Source: Eledone cirrhosa
Taxonomy: Eukaryota
Reading direction: 5' to 3'
Assembly (NCBI GenBank): GCA_964016885.1
Contig: OZ024742.1
Location: 96,348,001-96,412,000 of the forward strand
DNA: 64,000 nt
Part shown: piece after piece, positions 26,806 to 39,629 of the stretch
Position numbering within the stretch: the stretch's first letter is position 1
Layout of the letters: each line of letters begins with the position of its first letter
Notes under the pieces: model-generated
The model's database searches: none
Seen by the model: the letters and a program-made list of their open reading frames with translations, nothing else
Told to the model about the DNA's origin: nothing
Translations under genes and position numbers: made by a program

Positions 26806-29800
26806 ATGACCTCACTCAGAATAGGCAGCATAAATGCGCGTGGCTTGGGGTCGTCATGGAAGCAGGGTCACTTGCTCAACGACCTCAGGTCACTAAACAT
26901 AGATGTAGTGGCCATCAGCGAGACCAGAATCTCCGAAACACGGGTCTTCGCACCGATCTTCGGCGGCTACGATGTGTACGCATCTCCCAGCCGTCCTGGA
27001 TCGGGGGGGGGGGGGGGGGAGGGAGTTGCTGTGCTTTTTCGGAGAGGTTTGGATATCGCCATACGGGCCATCTTCCTGAACCCAGAGGGTAAGTTGGTGG
27101 TGCTGGAAGTGACCAGCGGAGACGGGCAAGCTTTCAGGCTAGTGGCCGTCTATGCCCCGACAGGAGCAGGGCGGCCTGATTTCTTCCGGCGTCTGGAGAC
27201 CTTTCTTGGAACGTCTCGCTCTTTAGTGTTAGTGGGCGACTGGAACGGAATCTTAGATGCACGCTGGGACTGTGTGGGATTAGCGGATAGGGGTGGAGGA
27301 TGCAAGAGCCTCACCAACCTGCTCAGGCGTTTTGAACTGTCTGACAGGTACCGATTGGATTTCCCGAATGTGCCAATGTGGACTTGAACAAAACGCATAG
27401 GGTCATCCCCGATCATATCTGGAGAGAGTATTTTGTAGGGAAATAGATAGGTCTAGCATAGGCTGTCCACAATTCAAGATAGTCAGCTACACGGACCTCA
27501 AATTCGTCATCTGTGTGCTTGACTTAGATAGGCTTCATAGACGAGGACCCGGCTACTGGAAGCTAAACGCGTCCTTACCAGCGCGCAAGGTCTACAGAGA
27601 CCGGATTAGCGAACTAGTTAAGCGGGCGTTGACGGGGGCAACAAGTGGTGGTTTGCTCTGAAAAGAGCGATTAGAATAGAATCCATTAGGTTTAGTAAGG
27701 CTTTAGCAAGAGAGAAAAATAGAGCAGAGGGAACACTAGTTAGAAAATTAGACGAGGCGCTTAGGAAAGGCATCGCGAACGACGTGCTTGAGGCGAAATT
27801 AGCCATTGACCAATTCTTCAATGCAAAACACGAAGGCTGCGTTGTCAGAGCTAGGGTGCGTGCTCTCAGACACGAGGGGACGAAAGTCGTTCAATGGGCC
27901 CGAGTGGCGGAGGCACGTCGTGGCAACAAAGTCACGATCCGGTCTTTGGTGGATCATGACGGCCACATGCTACTCGATCCTGGGCAAATGTGTGAAGCTT
28001 TTCAGCGACACTTCGCTCAGCTGTTCGGGGTCAGCGGTGGACCGGGTTGAGGGATGGACTTTAGTGTCTACCTCGACGGACTGCCGCGACTCTCGGCCAC
28101 TGAGGCGGAGTGTTGCGAAAATCCGATAACAGCCGCTGAAGTACGAGAGGCAATGACTGGCTGCACAAGGGGTAAATCGCCTGGTTTGGATGGTCTGCCC
28201 TATGAACTTTACGTACAGATGCCAGACTTGTTCGGAGGCCTCTTGGCGGACGTCTACTGCAACTGGCAACAGAACGGGAGAATTCCCAGCTCTGTGAGCC
28301 GATGAGCGGTGGCACTGCTGAGAAAGGATCCGAACAAAGGAGATAACATAGATAATTTCAGGCCCATAACCCTGCTAAACACAGAGTTCAAGATTTTGGC
28401 CAAGGTGCTAGCAAAGAGGTTGGCGCTTGTCGTTGGTGGTCTGGTGGGAGAGGCGCAGACATGCGCCATTCCCGACAGATCCATCCACGACAACCTCCAC
28501 CTCATGCGATACATTGTAGAGAGGGTAGCTAGGGAACCTGGCACGGGTGGGTCCTTGATCAATTTAGATTAGTCGAAAGCTTTCGATAGGGTCGACCATC
28601 GTTACCTAGGGGCAGTCCTGAGGGCGGCTGGCTTTGGGCCAGTCTTCAGAGGCTGGATCGCTGCCTTGCACAGCGACATCTGCTCTGTGGTGAGAGTGAA
28701 CGGTCACCTTTCGGAACCGTTCAACATCATGCGCTCGGTCCGCCAAGGATGTCCCCTCTCGTCCCTCTTGTACGTACTGACTCTCGAGCCATTACTGCAC
28801 AAACTGGAGACGTTGAGGGGCGTCCCGCGCGAACTAGGATGCGGAAGATCCGTGTCAGCATATGCGGACGATGTCACCGTAGTGGTGTCGAACGCCAAAC
28901 ACATCGAGGCGATCGGCACTACACTAAGAGAATACGAAGCGGTGACAGGAGCAATAATCAACCAGGAAAAGTCACTGGGCCTGCAGCTCGGCACCTGGAG
29001 AGGCAGGCCCATGCCGTCCAACAGCGTCGTCGGACGCTGGACGGACGGACCGGTTAAATTGCTAGGGGTCTGGTTCGGTCCGGACCTCCAGACACTGGGA
29101 CGAGGTGACGAGCAGGGTGGCTTCTCCCACCCAGAAATGTACGGAGAGGAAGCTATCCCTGGAAGGTCGAGCGGAGGTGGCTAACGCGTACATCGCGTCT
29201 GTCATCTGCTACCGCCTGATTGTCGTACCCTGTCCTAAGCCCCGCCTGACTGCGCTGGAGCATTTGCTCATTCGCTTTTTGTGAAAGGGACCCGCTCCGA
29301 TGGTCAGGCGGTCCATCTGCTGTCAACACCCGCTACGTGGAGGGCTGGGAATGCCGTGGCTGATGATGCGCAAACACGCGCTGAGGCTACGACATCTCCA
29401 CCTCTTCCTCGACGGTGACCAGGTGTGGTCGCCGTTTGCTAGACACGTATTTCCCCAGCTCATTTCCTTGACAGAGCTGCAGTCCTGGGTCAAGCGAAGA
29501 CCGAGAGGGAGCGCTTGGAGACTGGAATGTCTTCAGGCTCTCACAGCCCTCGACCAATCGGGCAATGTGATCGGTGGAAACTCCACCTCGGCGTTCTATA
29601 GAGGATTAGTGGAGGAGAAGAGCGACGACGTACTTGGGGAAACTCTTGGCGTCGACGAAAATCAACTAGCCAATCTCTTCGGAAGAACTTTCGGGCGGGA
29701 CCTATGGACAACTTCCAGAAATCTCTGGCCTGGCAGTGCTACCGAGGAGCCTTGCCAGTTCGGGATAAACTCTACAGGCATGGAGGTGCCGTTAGCCGGG

Positions 29801-30219
29801 CATGTCCGAGATGAGCGCAGGGCGACGAAACCGTCCTGCACGCACTCGTCGAGTGTCCGAAAATTGCTGACTTGTGAGTTTATGTCGAACACCTGCTGTC
29901 GCGTGTAGGACGGATCCGGCTATCATCTGAATCCATCGTGAGGATTGCACCGCCCTCTTCCTTTAGCCGGGAAGGGCAGGCAGTTTTTATCTGTCTGGTG
30001 GCCATGGCGAAAGAGATAGTATGGTGGACACATTTGAAAGGGCTGAAGACGAGTACTTACCTCTTCGGTGATGCCCTGATTAACTTTTTCAAATTTCATT
30101 TGAAAAGGAAAATCAGGGTAGAGAGTGAAGTGCTCTCTTCCCAGCATTTTGTTGAAAGATGGGTGAGAGAAGCAAGAATAGCCCGAGTGAATGGGTTTAC
30201 TCTGTGCACATATCTGTAA
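26806..30219 (+). pseudogene. ORF2 (APE-RT-CCHC) of copy A, disrupted
   Basis: Motifs INARGL, ISET, VGDWNG, GYWKLN, KSPGLDG, FRPITLLN, KAFDRV, RQGCPLS, AYADD and KLLGV. Confidence 0.92.
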
Positions 30220-30931
30220 ATTAAAGGTGGAAAACTGGGAGAGGGCACTTGCCCTGGTGGTCAGGGTCACTGTGGCCTTTTACTAGGCTTTCTCTACAAA
30301 TGTCCTCCGAAGTCTCCCCCCTATTGGGGAATTTTTGATAGTTATGTTTTTGTTACATCTCTGTTTCTGTTTTTTACACGCAGAAATGCCTATTTGTACC
30401 GTCCTGTATTGTCCTGCACTGTCCGTAATGTCTATTTTATGTAAACCCTTGTGGTTAATAAAGAAATCATTATTATTATTATTATCATTATTATTATTAT
30501 TATTATTATTATTGGCGACCTACGTAATAAATCGTATCATCGTGGGCTCCGCAAAGGTTTGTTATTTTCAGTTGTTTAAAATTGCCATTTATGAAAATCT
30601 TTTATTATTAACTGTATATAAGTGCACATACCTTGTTATCTGAAAAGGACACTCAAAAAGATTGGGGCCTTGAGCCCAAAATTTAAACTTTTATAATTAT
30701 CAAACAACAGATGGACGACTCAGATTCACACCTTCCTCACTAACTAACACCTCACACCGACACCACCATTGTAAATATTACTACGTTTGCTAACACTAAA
30801 AATATAAACAGTAGCAATATTTTAAATTTGTCTCAGAGAGACATTCATTTCCCGCCATTACCAGTGACTGCAGGTGTTGAAGCCGCCACCCCAACCCCCA
30901 CCACAGCGACAACAGAGAAAAATATCTCGAA

Positions 30932-32610
30932 ATGAATTCACCCAAAATGAACTCTTCCACACCGAACACCACTGACGCCACCACCACCACAACTGTAACT
31001 AAAATTAACAATAACAAAAATAACGATAACAACAACAGCAACAATGAAATTAAGAAAACCACCCAGTCTTTTGCCAGAGTAGCAAAAAAGTGCGAAGCAT
31101 TCCAGGTAACTCAGGAGGAATTAGAAGAAGCCAAAAGAATGGTAAAGAAAGATGGGTACAAGGTCAGCCTGACCCCCCACCCCCACCTAGTAAAATGGAG
31201 CATCGGCGCCTACGCACCGTGTCTTATCGGACGATTAACATAAAATCGCGCCGAGTAGAACGGGCATCCGAGTCGCAAATCCAAAAAGCTTTGGGACATT
31301 TGTGGGCAAAAAAAACCCACATCAGACGTGGGCAGAAATATGGAACCGTGGACGTGTTCTTTGAAACGCCACAGGAGGCCAGAGAACACTCCATGGCCAT
31401 ATTAAGAAGTGACGACTTCACACTCGTCCCAAGCTATTGTGGCCAGAGACTCGTGAATATCAGGGTGACCCACGTTCCACCGGCCATCGAAATTCCCTGG
31501 CTAATAGCTGCCGTCCTCGCCGGCATCGAGGCCAACACCAATATAATCGAAATAGCGAAAGAAAAGCAGGAGAACTGGTCCGGATCTGGGATGGAGCTCC
31601 TGATCCAAGCGGACCAAAAAAGCATTGAAGAGATCCCAGAGGTAATAGACCTCACTGACGGCAGCCACCTCACCGTAATGGTCGAGGGCAGAAGGCCTAG
31701 GTTTGTCGTTTGTGGTGAAGGAACCCACCTAAGAGCTTTCTGCCCTCAGGCTAAAAGGTTGAGGCCCCCTCTCTTACCCACCCCAGTGACTCAACCATCA
31801 ACACCACCAGCAGCAGAAATGGCAGCAAGAACAGAAGCAACTGTAACAGCAACAAACCCAGCAACAGTAGCAAAACCAACACCACCACCACCCAACGCGC
31901 CAGAACTAGCACCAGCGCCTACACCATCCACCACGCCACAACCAAAACCAACGCCTGTGGAGGATTTTCCACTCCCCCACCTATCGCAACTGGAGACAGA
32001 TTGTGACGCCGAGGAGTGGGGAACGGTATCAGGAAAAAAGAAAAAAAGTGAAAGAAACCAAAAAAGAAAAAATCCCCTTCCTTCCCCCTCTAAAAACAAA
32101 ATACAGAGGGAAACAAATAAATTATCAAACAAAAAATTTAGGACAGATATGCCACCATCCACACCAGCATCAACAACCCCATCAACACAAACACCAACAC
32201 CATCACCATCATTAACCCCAACACCACCATCACCAACACCGCGAAAGTCACCAAAAAGCGAAACAGAAAAAAACCCACAACAAACGCAAAATAAACAAAA
32301 CAACCAAAACGATACACACTTCACAGCATTAAATTTGAACAACAACCAATTATTACACTACATCCAACACAACACCAGCATCACAGAAAACGACTACACA
32401 ACAACCCAAAAGTTCACACCACCTCTACACATACAAATCACTCGCATCACACAGAAAACGTACATGACACTAAAACAAAAATTCCCCAAAGACATCGGAG
32501 ACTTCCGACAAGCAATCTCCAGGAAGATTTATAAGGACATCCTTCCGGAGGAGGACACAAGCAGTGAAAAGGATGGAGAAACCAACCTTCCTCTACGAGA
32601 AGTAAGGTAA
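30932..32610 (+). pseudogene. ORF1 of copy B (one frameshift near 31180)
   Basis: SFARVAK..EELEEAKRMV, VERASESQIQKALG and a degenerate knuckle FVVCGEGTHLRAFC. Confidence 0.8.
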
Positions 32611-32644
32611 GTGGTCTTTCCCATCTTTTCCACTCCATTTCAAC

Positions 32645-35600
32645 ATGAGCTAACTCAGAATAGGTAGCATAGATGCGCGTGGCTTGGGGTCGTCATGGAA
32701 GCAGGACCACCTGCTCAACGACCCCAGGTCACTAAACATAGATGTAGTGGCCATCAGCGAGACCAGAATCTCCGAAGCACGGGCCTTCGCACCGATCTTC
32801 GGCGGCACCCATATGTACGCATCTCCCAGCCGTCCGGGATCGGGGGGGGGGGGGGGGGGGGGAGTTGCTGTGCTTTTTCGGAGAAGTTTGGATCTCGCCA
32901 TACGGGCCATCTTCCTGGACCCAGAAGGTAAGTTGGTGGTGCTAGACGTGACCAGCGGAGACGGGCAAGCTTTCAGGCTCGTGGCCGTCTATGCCCCGAC
33001 AGGACCAGGGCGGCCTGATTTCTTCCGGCGTATGGATACCTTTCTTGGAACGTCCCGCTCTTTAGTGTTAGTGGGCGACTGGAACGGAATCTTAGATGCA
33101 CGCTGGGACTGTGTGGGATTAGCGTTTTGTGCTCAGGCGTTTTGAACTGTCTGACAGGTACCGATTGGATTTCCCGAATGTGCCAATGTGGACTTGGACA
33201 AAACGCATAGGGTCATCCAGGTCATATCTAGATAGAGTATTTTGTAGAGAAATAGATAGGTCTAGCATAGGCTGTCCACAATTCAAGATAGTCAGCTACA
33301 CGAACTACAAATTCATGATCTGTGTGCTTGACTTAGATAGGCTTAATAGACGAGGACCCGGCTACTGGAAGCTAAACGCGTCCTTACCAGCGCGCAAGGT
33401 TTACAGAGACCGGATTAGCGAACTAGTTAAGCGGGCATTGACGGGGGCCATCGTCAAAAACAAGTGGTGGTTTGCTCTGAAAAGAGCAATTAGAATAGAG
33501 TCCATTAGGTTTAGTAAGGCTTTAGCAATAGAGAAAAATAGAGCAGAGGGAGCACTAGTTAGAAAATTAGACGAGGCGCTTAGCAAAGGCATCGCGAACG
33601 ACGTACTTGCGGCGAAATTGGCCCTTGACCAATTCTTCAATGCAAAGCACGAAGGCTGCGTTGTCAGAGATAGGGTGCGTGCTCTCAGACACGAGGGGAC
33701 GAAAGTCGTTCAATGGGCCCGAGTGGCGGAGGCGCGTTGTGGCAACAAAGCCACGATCCGGACATTGGTGGACCACGACGGGCGCATGCTACTCGATCCC
33801 GGGCAAATGTGTGAAGCTTTTCAGCGACACTTCGCTCAGTTGTTCGAGGGCAGCGGCGGGCCGGATCGAGGGATGAACTTTAGTGTCTACCTCGACGGAC
33901 TGCCGCGGCTCTCGGCCACTGAGGCGGAGTGTTGCGAAAAGCCGATAACAGCCGCTGAAGTACGAGAGGCAATGACTAGCTGCACAAGGGGTAAATCGCC
34001 TGGTTTGGATGGTCTGCCCTATGAACTTTACGAACAGGTGCCAGACTTGTTCGGAGGCCTCTTAGCGGACGTCTACTGCAACTGGCAACAGAACGGGAGA
34101 ATTCCCAGCACTGTGAGCCGAGGAGCTGTGGCGCTGCTGAGAAAGGATCCGAACAAGGGGGATAACATAGATAATTTTAGGCCCATAATTCCGCTAAACA
34201 CAGAGTTCAAGATTTTGGCCAAGGTGCTAGCAAAGAGGTTGGCGCTTGTCATTGGTGGTCTGGTGGAAGAGGCGCAGACATGCGCCATTCCCGACAGATC
34301 CATCCACGACAACCTCCACCTCATGCGATACATCGTAGAGAGAGTAGCTAGGGAACCTGGCACGGGTGGGTCCTTGATCAATTTAGATTAGTCGAAAGCT
34401 TTCGATAGGGTCGACCATCGTTACCTAGCGGCAGTCCTGAGGGCGACTGGCTTTGTGCCCGTCTTCAGAGGCTGGATCGCTGCCATGCACAGCGACATCT
34501 GCTCTGTGGTGAGAGTGAACGGTCACCTTTCGGAACCGTTCAACATCATGCGCTCGGTCTGCCAAGAATGTCATCTCTCGTCCCTCTTGTACGTATTGAC
34601 TCTCGAGCCATTACTGCACAAACTGGAGACGTTGAGGGGGGTCCCGCGCGAACTAGGATGCGGAAGATCCGTGTCAGCATATGCGGACGATGTTACAGTA
34701 GTGGTGTCGAACGCCAAACACATCGAGGCGATCGGCATTACACTAAGAGAATATGAAGCGGTGACAGGAGCAATGATCAACCTGGAAAAGTCAGTGGCCC
34801 TGCAGCTCGGCACCTGGAGAGGCAGGTCCCTGCCGTCCAACAGCGTCGTCGGGTGCTGGACGGACGGACCGGTTAAATTGCTCGGGGTCTGGTTCGGTCC
34901 GGATCTCCAGACGGACAAAAACTGGGACGAGGTGACACGCAGGGTTGCTTCTCTCACCCAGAAATTGGCCGAGAGGAAGCTATCCCCGAAAGGTCGAGCG
35001 GAGGTGGCTAACGCGTATATCGCGTCCGTCATCTACTACCGCCTGACTGTCGTACCTTGTCCTAAGCCCCGCCTGACTGCGCTGGAGCGTTTGCTCTTTC
35101 ACTTTTTGTGAAAGGGACGCGCTCCGATGGTCAGGCGGTCCATCTGCTGTCAACACCCGCTACGTGGAGGGCTGGAAATGCCGTGGATGATGATGCGTAG
35201 ACACGCGCTCAGGCTACGACATCTCCACCTCTTCCTCGACGGTGATCAGGTGTGGTCTCCGTTTGCTAGACGCGTCTTTCCCCAGCTCGTCTTCTTGACG
35301 GAGCTGCAGTCCTGGGTCAAGCGAAGACCGAGAGGGAGCGCTTGGAGACTGGAATGTCTTCAGGCGCTCAGAGCCCTCGACCAATCGGGCAATGTGATCG
35401 GTGGAAACTCCACCTTGGCGTTCTATAGAGTATTAGTGGAAGGGAAGAGCGACGACGTACTTGGGGAAACTCTTGGCGTCGACGAAAATCAACTAGCCAA
35501 TCTCTTTGGAAGAAATTTCGGCCCGGGGCCTATGGACAACTTCCCGAAATCCCTGGTCTGGCAGTGCTACCAAGGAGATTTGCCAGTTCGGGATAAACTC

Positions 35601-36003
35601 TACAGGCATGGAGGTGCCGTCAGCCGAGAATGTCCGAGATGCGCGCAGGCGGACGTAACCTTCCTGCACGCACTCGTCCAGTGTCCGAGAATTGCTGACT
35701 TGTGGGTTTATGTCGAACACCTGCTGTCGTGTGTAGGACGGATCCGGCTATCAGCTGAGTCCATCGTGAGGATTGCACCGCCCTCTTCCTTTAGCCGGGA
35801 AGGGCAGGCAGTTTTTATCTGTCTGGTGGCTATGGCGAAAGAGATAGTATAGTGATGGCCTGATCAACTTTTTCAAATTTCATTTGAAAAGGAAAATCAG
35901 GGTAGAATTGGAAGTGCTCTCTTCCCAGCATTTTGTTGAAAGATGGGTGAGAGACGCAAGAATGGCCCGAGTGAATGGGCCTACTCTGAGTACGTGTCTG
36001 TAA
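32645..36003 (+). pseudogene. ORF2 (APE-RT-CCHC) of copy B, disrupted
   Basis: Same motifs as copy A; C-terminal CPRC-x8-HALVQC zinc knuckle. Confidence 0.92.
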
Positions 36004-37012
36004 ATTAAAGGTGGAAAACTGGGAGAGGGCACTTGCCCTGGTGGTCAGGGTGACTGTGGCTTTTTAATGGGCTTTCTCCACGAATGTCCCTCGGAAGTCT
36101 CCCCCTATTGGGGAATTTTTTCATTGTTCTATTATTACATCCTATTTCTTGTTTTTTACACGTAGAAATGCCCTTTTGTACCGTCCTGTATTGTCCTGTA
36201 CTGTCTTTAATGTCTACTTTATGTAAACTCTTGTTGTTAATAAAGAAAGCATTATTATTATTATCAATATTAATATTATTCATATTGTTTAAATTATTAT
36301 TATTAATATCGTTAATATTATAGTTGTTATTACTGCTGTTGCTTTGGCTGTGGTAGTAGTAGTAATAGTGGTATTAGTTGCAGCAGCAGCAAAAGCAGCA
36401 GAGTTGTTAATTATTTCCGATACTTTTATATTATTATCCCCATTGTTACTGTAGTCATTATTATTGTTATTGTTTTTGTTGTTGTCTTTGTTGTCGTCTT
36501 TGTTTATGATGTCTATGTTATTGTTGTTGTTAAAGAAAAAGAGAGGAAACATTTGAAAATAAAGTGGTGCAAATAAGAGAAATGGATTTATTTTCAAGAA
36601 GGAAAATATAATTATACACTTTACACACATATACAAATGTATTTATATATACATGCAGAAACTAACACATATATATGCACACACACAAAATATATTTAAG
36701 TACACATACACATAAACTCATGCGTACACAAATATATGTATATAAACATGCATAATCTAACACATGTATATGCACACATAAACACAAAATATATTTAAGC
36801 ACCCATAAATACATGCATACACATACTCAAACACACTCAATTGCATACATACACATGCACATAAGTACATTCGCACACACAAAACATAATTCCCATGTAT
36901 ACGCAAGCACATGGAAACTTGCATATATATGCAAAGACATGTACATAACTACACAAATATACATTCGCACACATTCACATATATATTCACACAATTAGAT
37001 AATACACACACA

Positions 37013-37114
<102 letters not shown>

Positions 37115-37986
37115 TATACATGCATACATATGTACAATTTGACAGAAACTAATATAAAGCAAAAAATAAAGATGCATTATGAATAATAGGCTGGCAGTGA
37201 AGACAAATCTAATTTAGCAATTTCTCAGACACAATATTATCTTTTCTATAATGACTAAGTTCTCTCCTAACATAGATTCACTGTCAAATATGTGCAGAAC
37301 AAATTAATATTTATAAATATGTATTTTAAAACTACGTATTGTTTCAGACACAAGTGACACATCATAGATAATCAAGAATTCTTAAATGAGTGGCAAATGA
37401 TTCATTGAACCCACATCTGCTAGTTGAATGCTATCTGCATAAATGAGAGATTTCATATATCATCATCATCACCGTTTTATGTCCATTCTTCCATGCTAGC
37501 ATGGGTTAGACTATATATATATATATATATAAACACACACACACACATATATATATATAGGAAAAGAGTCAGGAACCCGAAGGCTGAGCTCCAGCCATTT
37601 CAACAGCTGAATGAAAAATAAGGTGAAGTCAAGAAAATGAAAAAATACAAAGAGTCTGATATCATCAGCTGACTGCTAGAGATGCTTTGCTTCAGTGCTT
37701 TAAGATCGTTAAAACTTGCTCTAGTGCACAAGGGACAGTAACAAATGGACAAAAGACAAGATGATAGTCTTAATGACTATTTACAAATAAGAGAAAATTT
37801 GCCACTAACTCTTAATCTACAACTGAAAAGATATCGACGAGGCCTAACATATAGATTAGCCAAGAAAAAGGAAAGATAAAGAATATGCAAATGTTAATAA
37901 AATTATTTTCTGTTTGTTTGGACATTAAGTCAAAAAAGAAAGAAAAAAACAGACACAAGGAGCAGAGAGAAAGGGAGCGAGAGAGA

Positions 37987-38042
<56 letters not shown>

Positions 38043-38109
38043 AGAAAGATAGACAAACGCTAATATTTTTTTTTATAATATATATTGGCATGCCATAATA
38101 TATATATAG

Positions 38110-38503
38110 AATGATATTAAATAAATGGAAACTATATTTATAAAACCATATTTATTCTATTATATATATTTCAAGGGTACCAAAAACTTTGGTACGCTTT
38201 CATGAGATAAAATACAAAGTGTGTTTTATAAATTTTGACACAGCCTTGGAAAAATTCAACTGATAAGGTATGTTCCTTGGCTATGTCAAAATTTATAAAA
38301 CACATTTAGTATTTTATCTGATGAAAGCATACCAAAGTTTTTGGTACCCTTGAAATATATATAATAGAATAAATATGGTTTTATAAATATAGTTTCCGTT
38401 TATTTAATATCATTGAATATTTACTCCAGAAAACTGTTGAGTGCTCTGAATCAGTTATAAACATTTATATTTGTTGTTACCAACAAATTAAATATCCCTT
38501 CTG

Positions 38504-38506
<3 letters not shown>
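38110..38506 (+). mobile_element. Fold-back hammerhead element (family H1) in (TA)n
   Basis: Arms 38110-38245 and 38279-38414, a 33-nt loop and a tail of about 92 nt. Homologous to 56174-56621. Confidence 0.85.
38310..38371 (+). ncRNA. Type I hammerhead ribozyme
   Basis: tattttat CTGATGA aagcataccaaagtttttggtaccctt GAAA T atat A T A atagaata. Confidence 0.8.
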
Positions 38507-38561
<55 letters not shown>

Positions 38562-38566
<5 letters not shown>

Positions 38567-39421
38567 CCTCCAAGCCATAACAGAGGAGTTTAAGACTGGC
38601 TGCCTATGGAACTTCTCTATGCTGATGATCTTATAGCAGAATCAGTAGAGGAGCTAGAGAAGAAATTCTGGCTATGAAACAGCAGTTGGAATCAAGAGGA
38701 CTGAGAGTGAACACAGTTAAGACAAAAGTGTTGATAAGTAGAAGAGAGGACAAAAGTCTGATTCCATCAGGGAAATGGCTATGTTCGATATGCCGAAAAG
38801 GAACTGGCATAAATTCTATAAAATGTACACAATGCAGATCTTGGGTACACAAGAGATGTAGTGGGATAGCAGGCAAACTAACAGGTAGGGAAAACTACGT
38901 ATGCAGTAGATGTACAGGGAAATTTGCTTCTTCTGTTCACAAAGAAGGGTTTCTCCCTGTGTATGAAAGGTCGATTATATGATGCCTGTGTGGGATGCGT
39001 GATGCTGCATGGTAGTGAGACATGGGTAGCAACATGGGTAGCAAACATGCTCCGTTGGATGTGGAATGACAATGTGTGTGAATGACCAAGCATAGAAGAG
39101 TTGAGAGAGAAACAGTGTATAAGAGGGATAAGTTGTGGTGTGTGGGAGAGAAGACTGAGATGGTATGGACATATGATGCACATGGAGAATGACGCTGGGT
39201 AAAGAAGTGCCAAGAAATGCCAGTAAAATGAAGATGCAATAGAGGAAGACCACAAAAAGAATGGGCGGAGGTGGTTATAGCAGACCTCAGATCACTGCAG
39301 CTCATGGAGGGGGGGGCATGACGGAGTAGCGTGACAAGTGGAGAGATGTTGTGCTGAATAGGACCCGTCCCACTCTTGTAAGCAGGGAAAAGTGGACGTA
39401 AAATAATGATGATGATGATGA
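38562..39421 (+). mobile_element. 5'-truncated RTE-type LINE with (GAT)n tail
   Basis: LLYADDL, CSIC..CTQC..WVHKRC..CSRC, MLHGSETW and RLRWYGH. Its tail GGACGTAAAATAATGATGATG matches the SINE family 2 tail. Confidence 0.82.
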
Positions 39422-39629
39422 TATATATATATATATATAATTAGAGCAGATATTTATTAATAGCACAGATACTTAAACAAACAAATTCTTTCTTCACCCT
39501 TTTCCAGGATTTTCTGAAACTGAGAAATATATCAATCTGCATCCACATATTTTTATAATTCTCAGTTTCAGAAGATCCCCTAAGAAGGTGAAAGTTGGAC
39601 TTCTTTGCTTAAACTTTAACATATAGACA

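Larger units (their letters stand above)
24470..30510 (+). mobile_element. Full-length Tx1/L1-like LINE copy A in (ATT)n
   Basis: ORF1 and ORF2 present; the 3' UTR ends AATAAAGAAATC(ATT)n; an (ATT)n tract also lies on the 5' side. Confidence 0.9.
30513..36270 (+). mobile_element. Full-length Tx1/L1-like LINE copy B, head-to-tail after copy A
   Basis: Begins right after copy A's (ATT)n tail and ends AATAAAGAAAGC(ATT)n. Confidence 0.9.
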
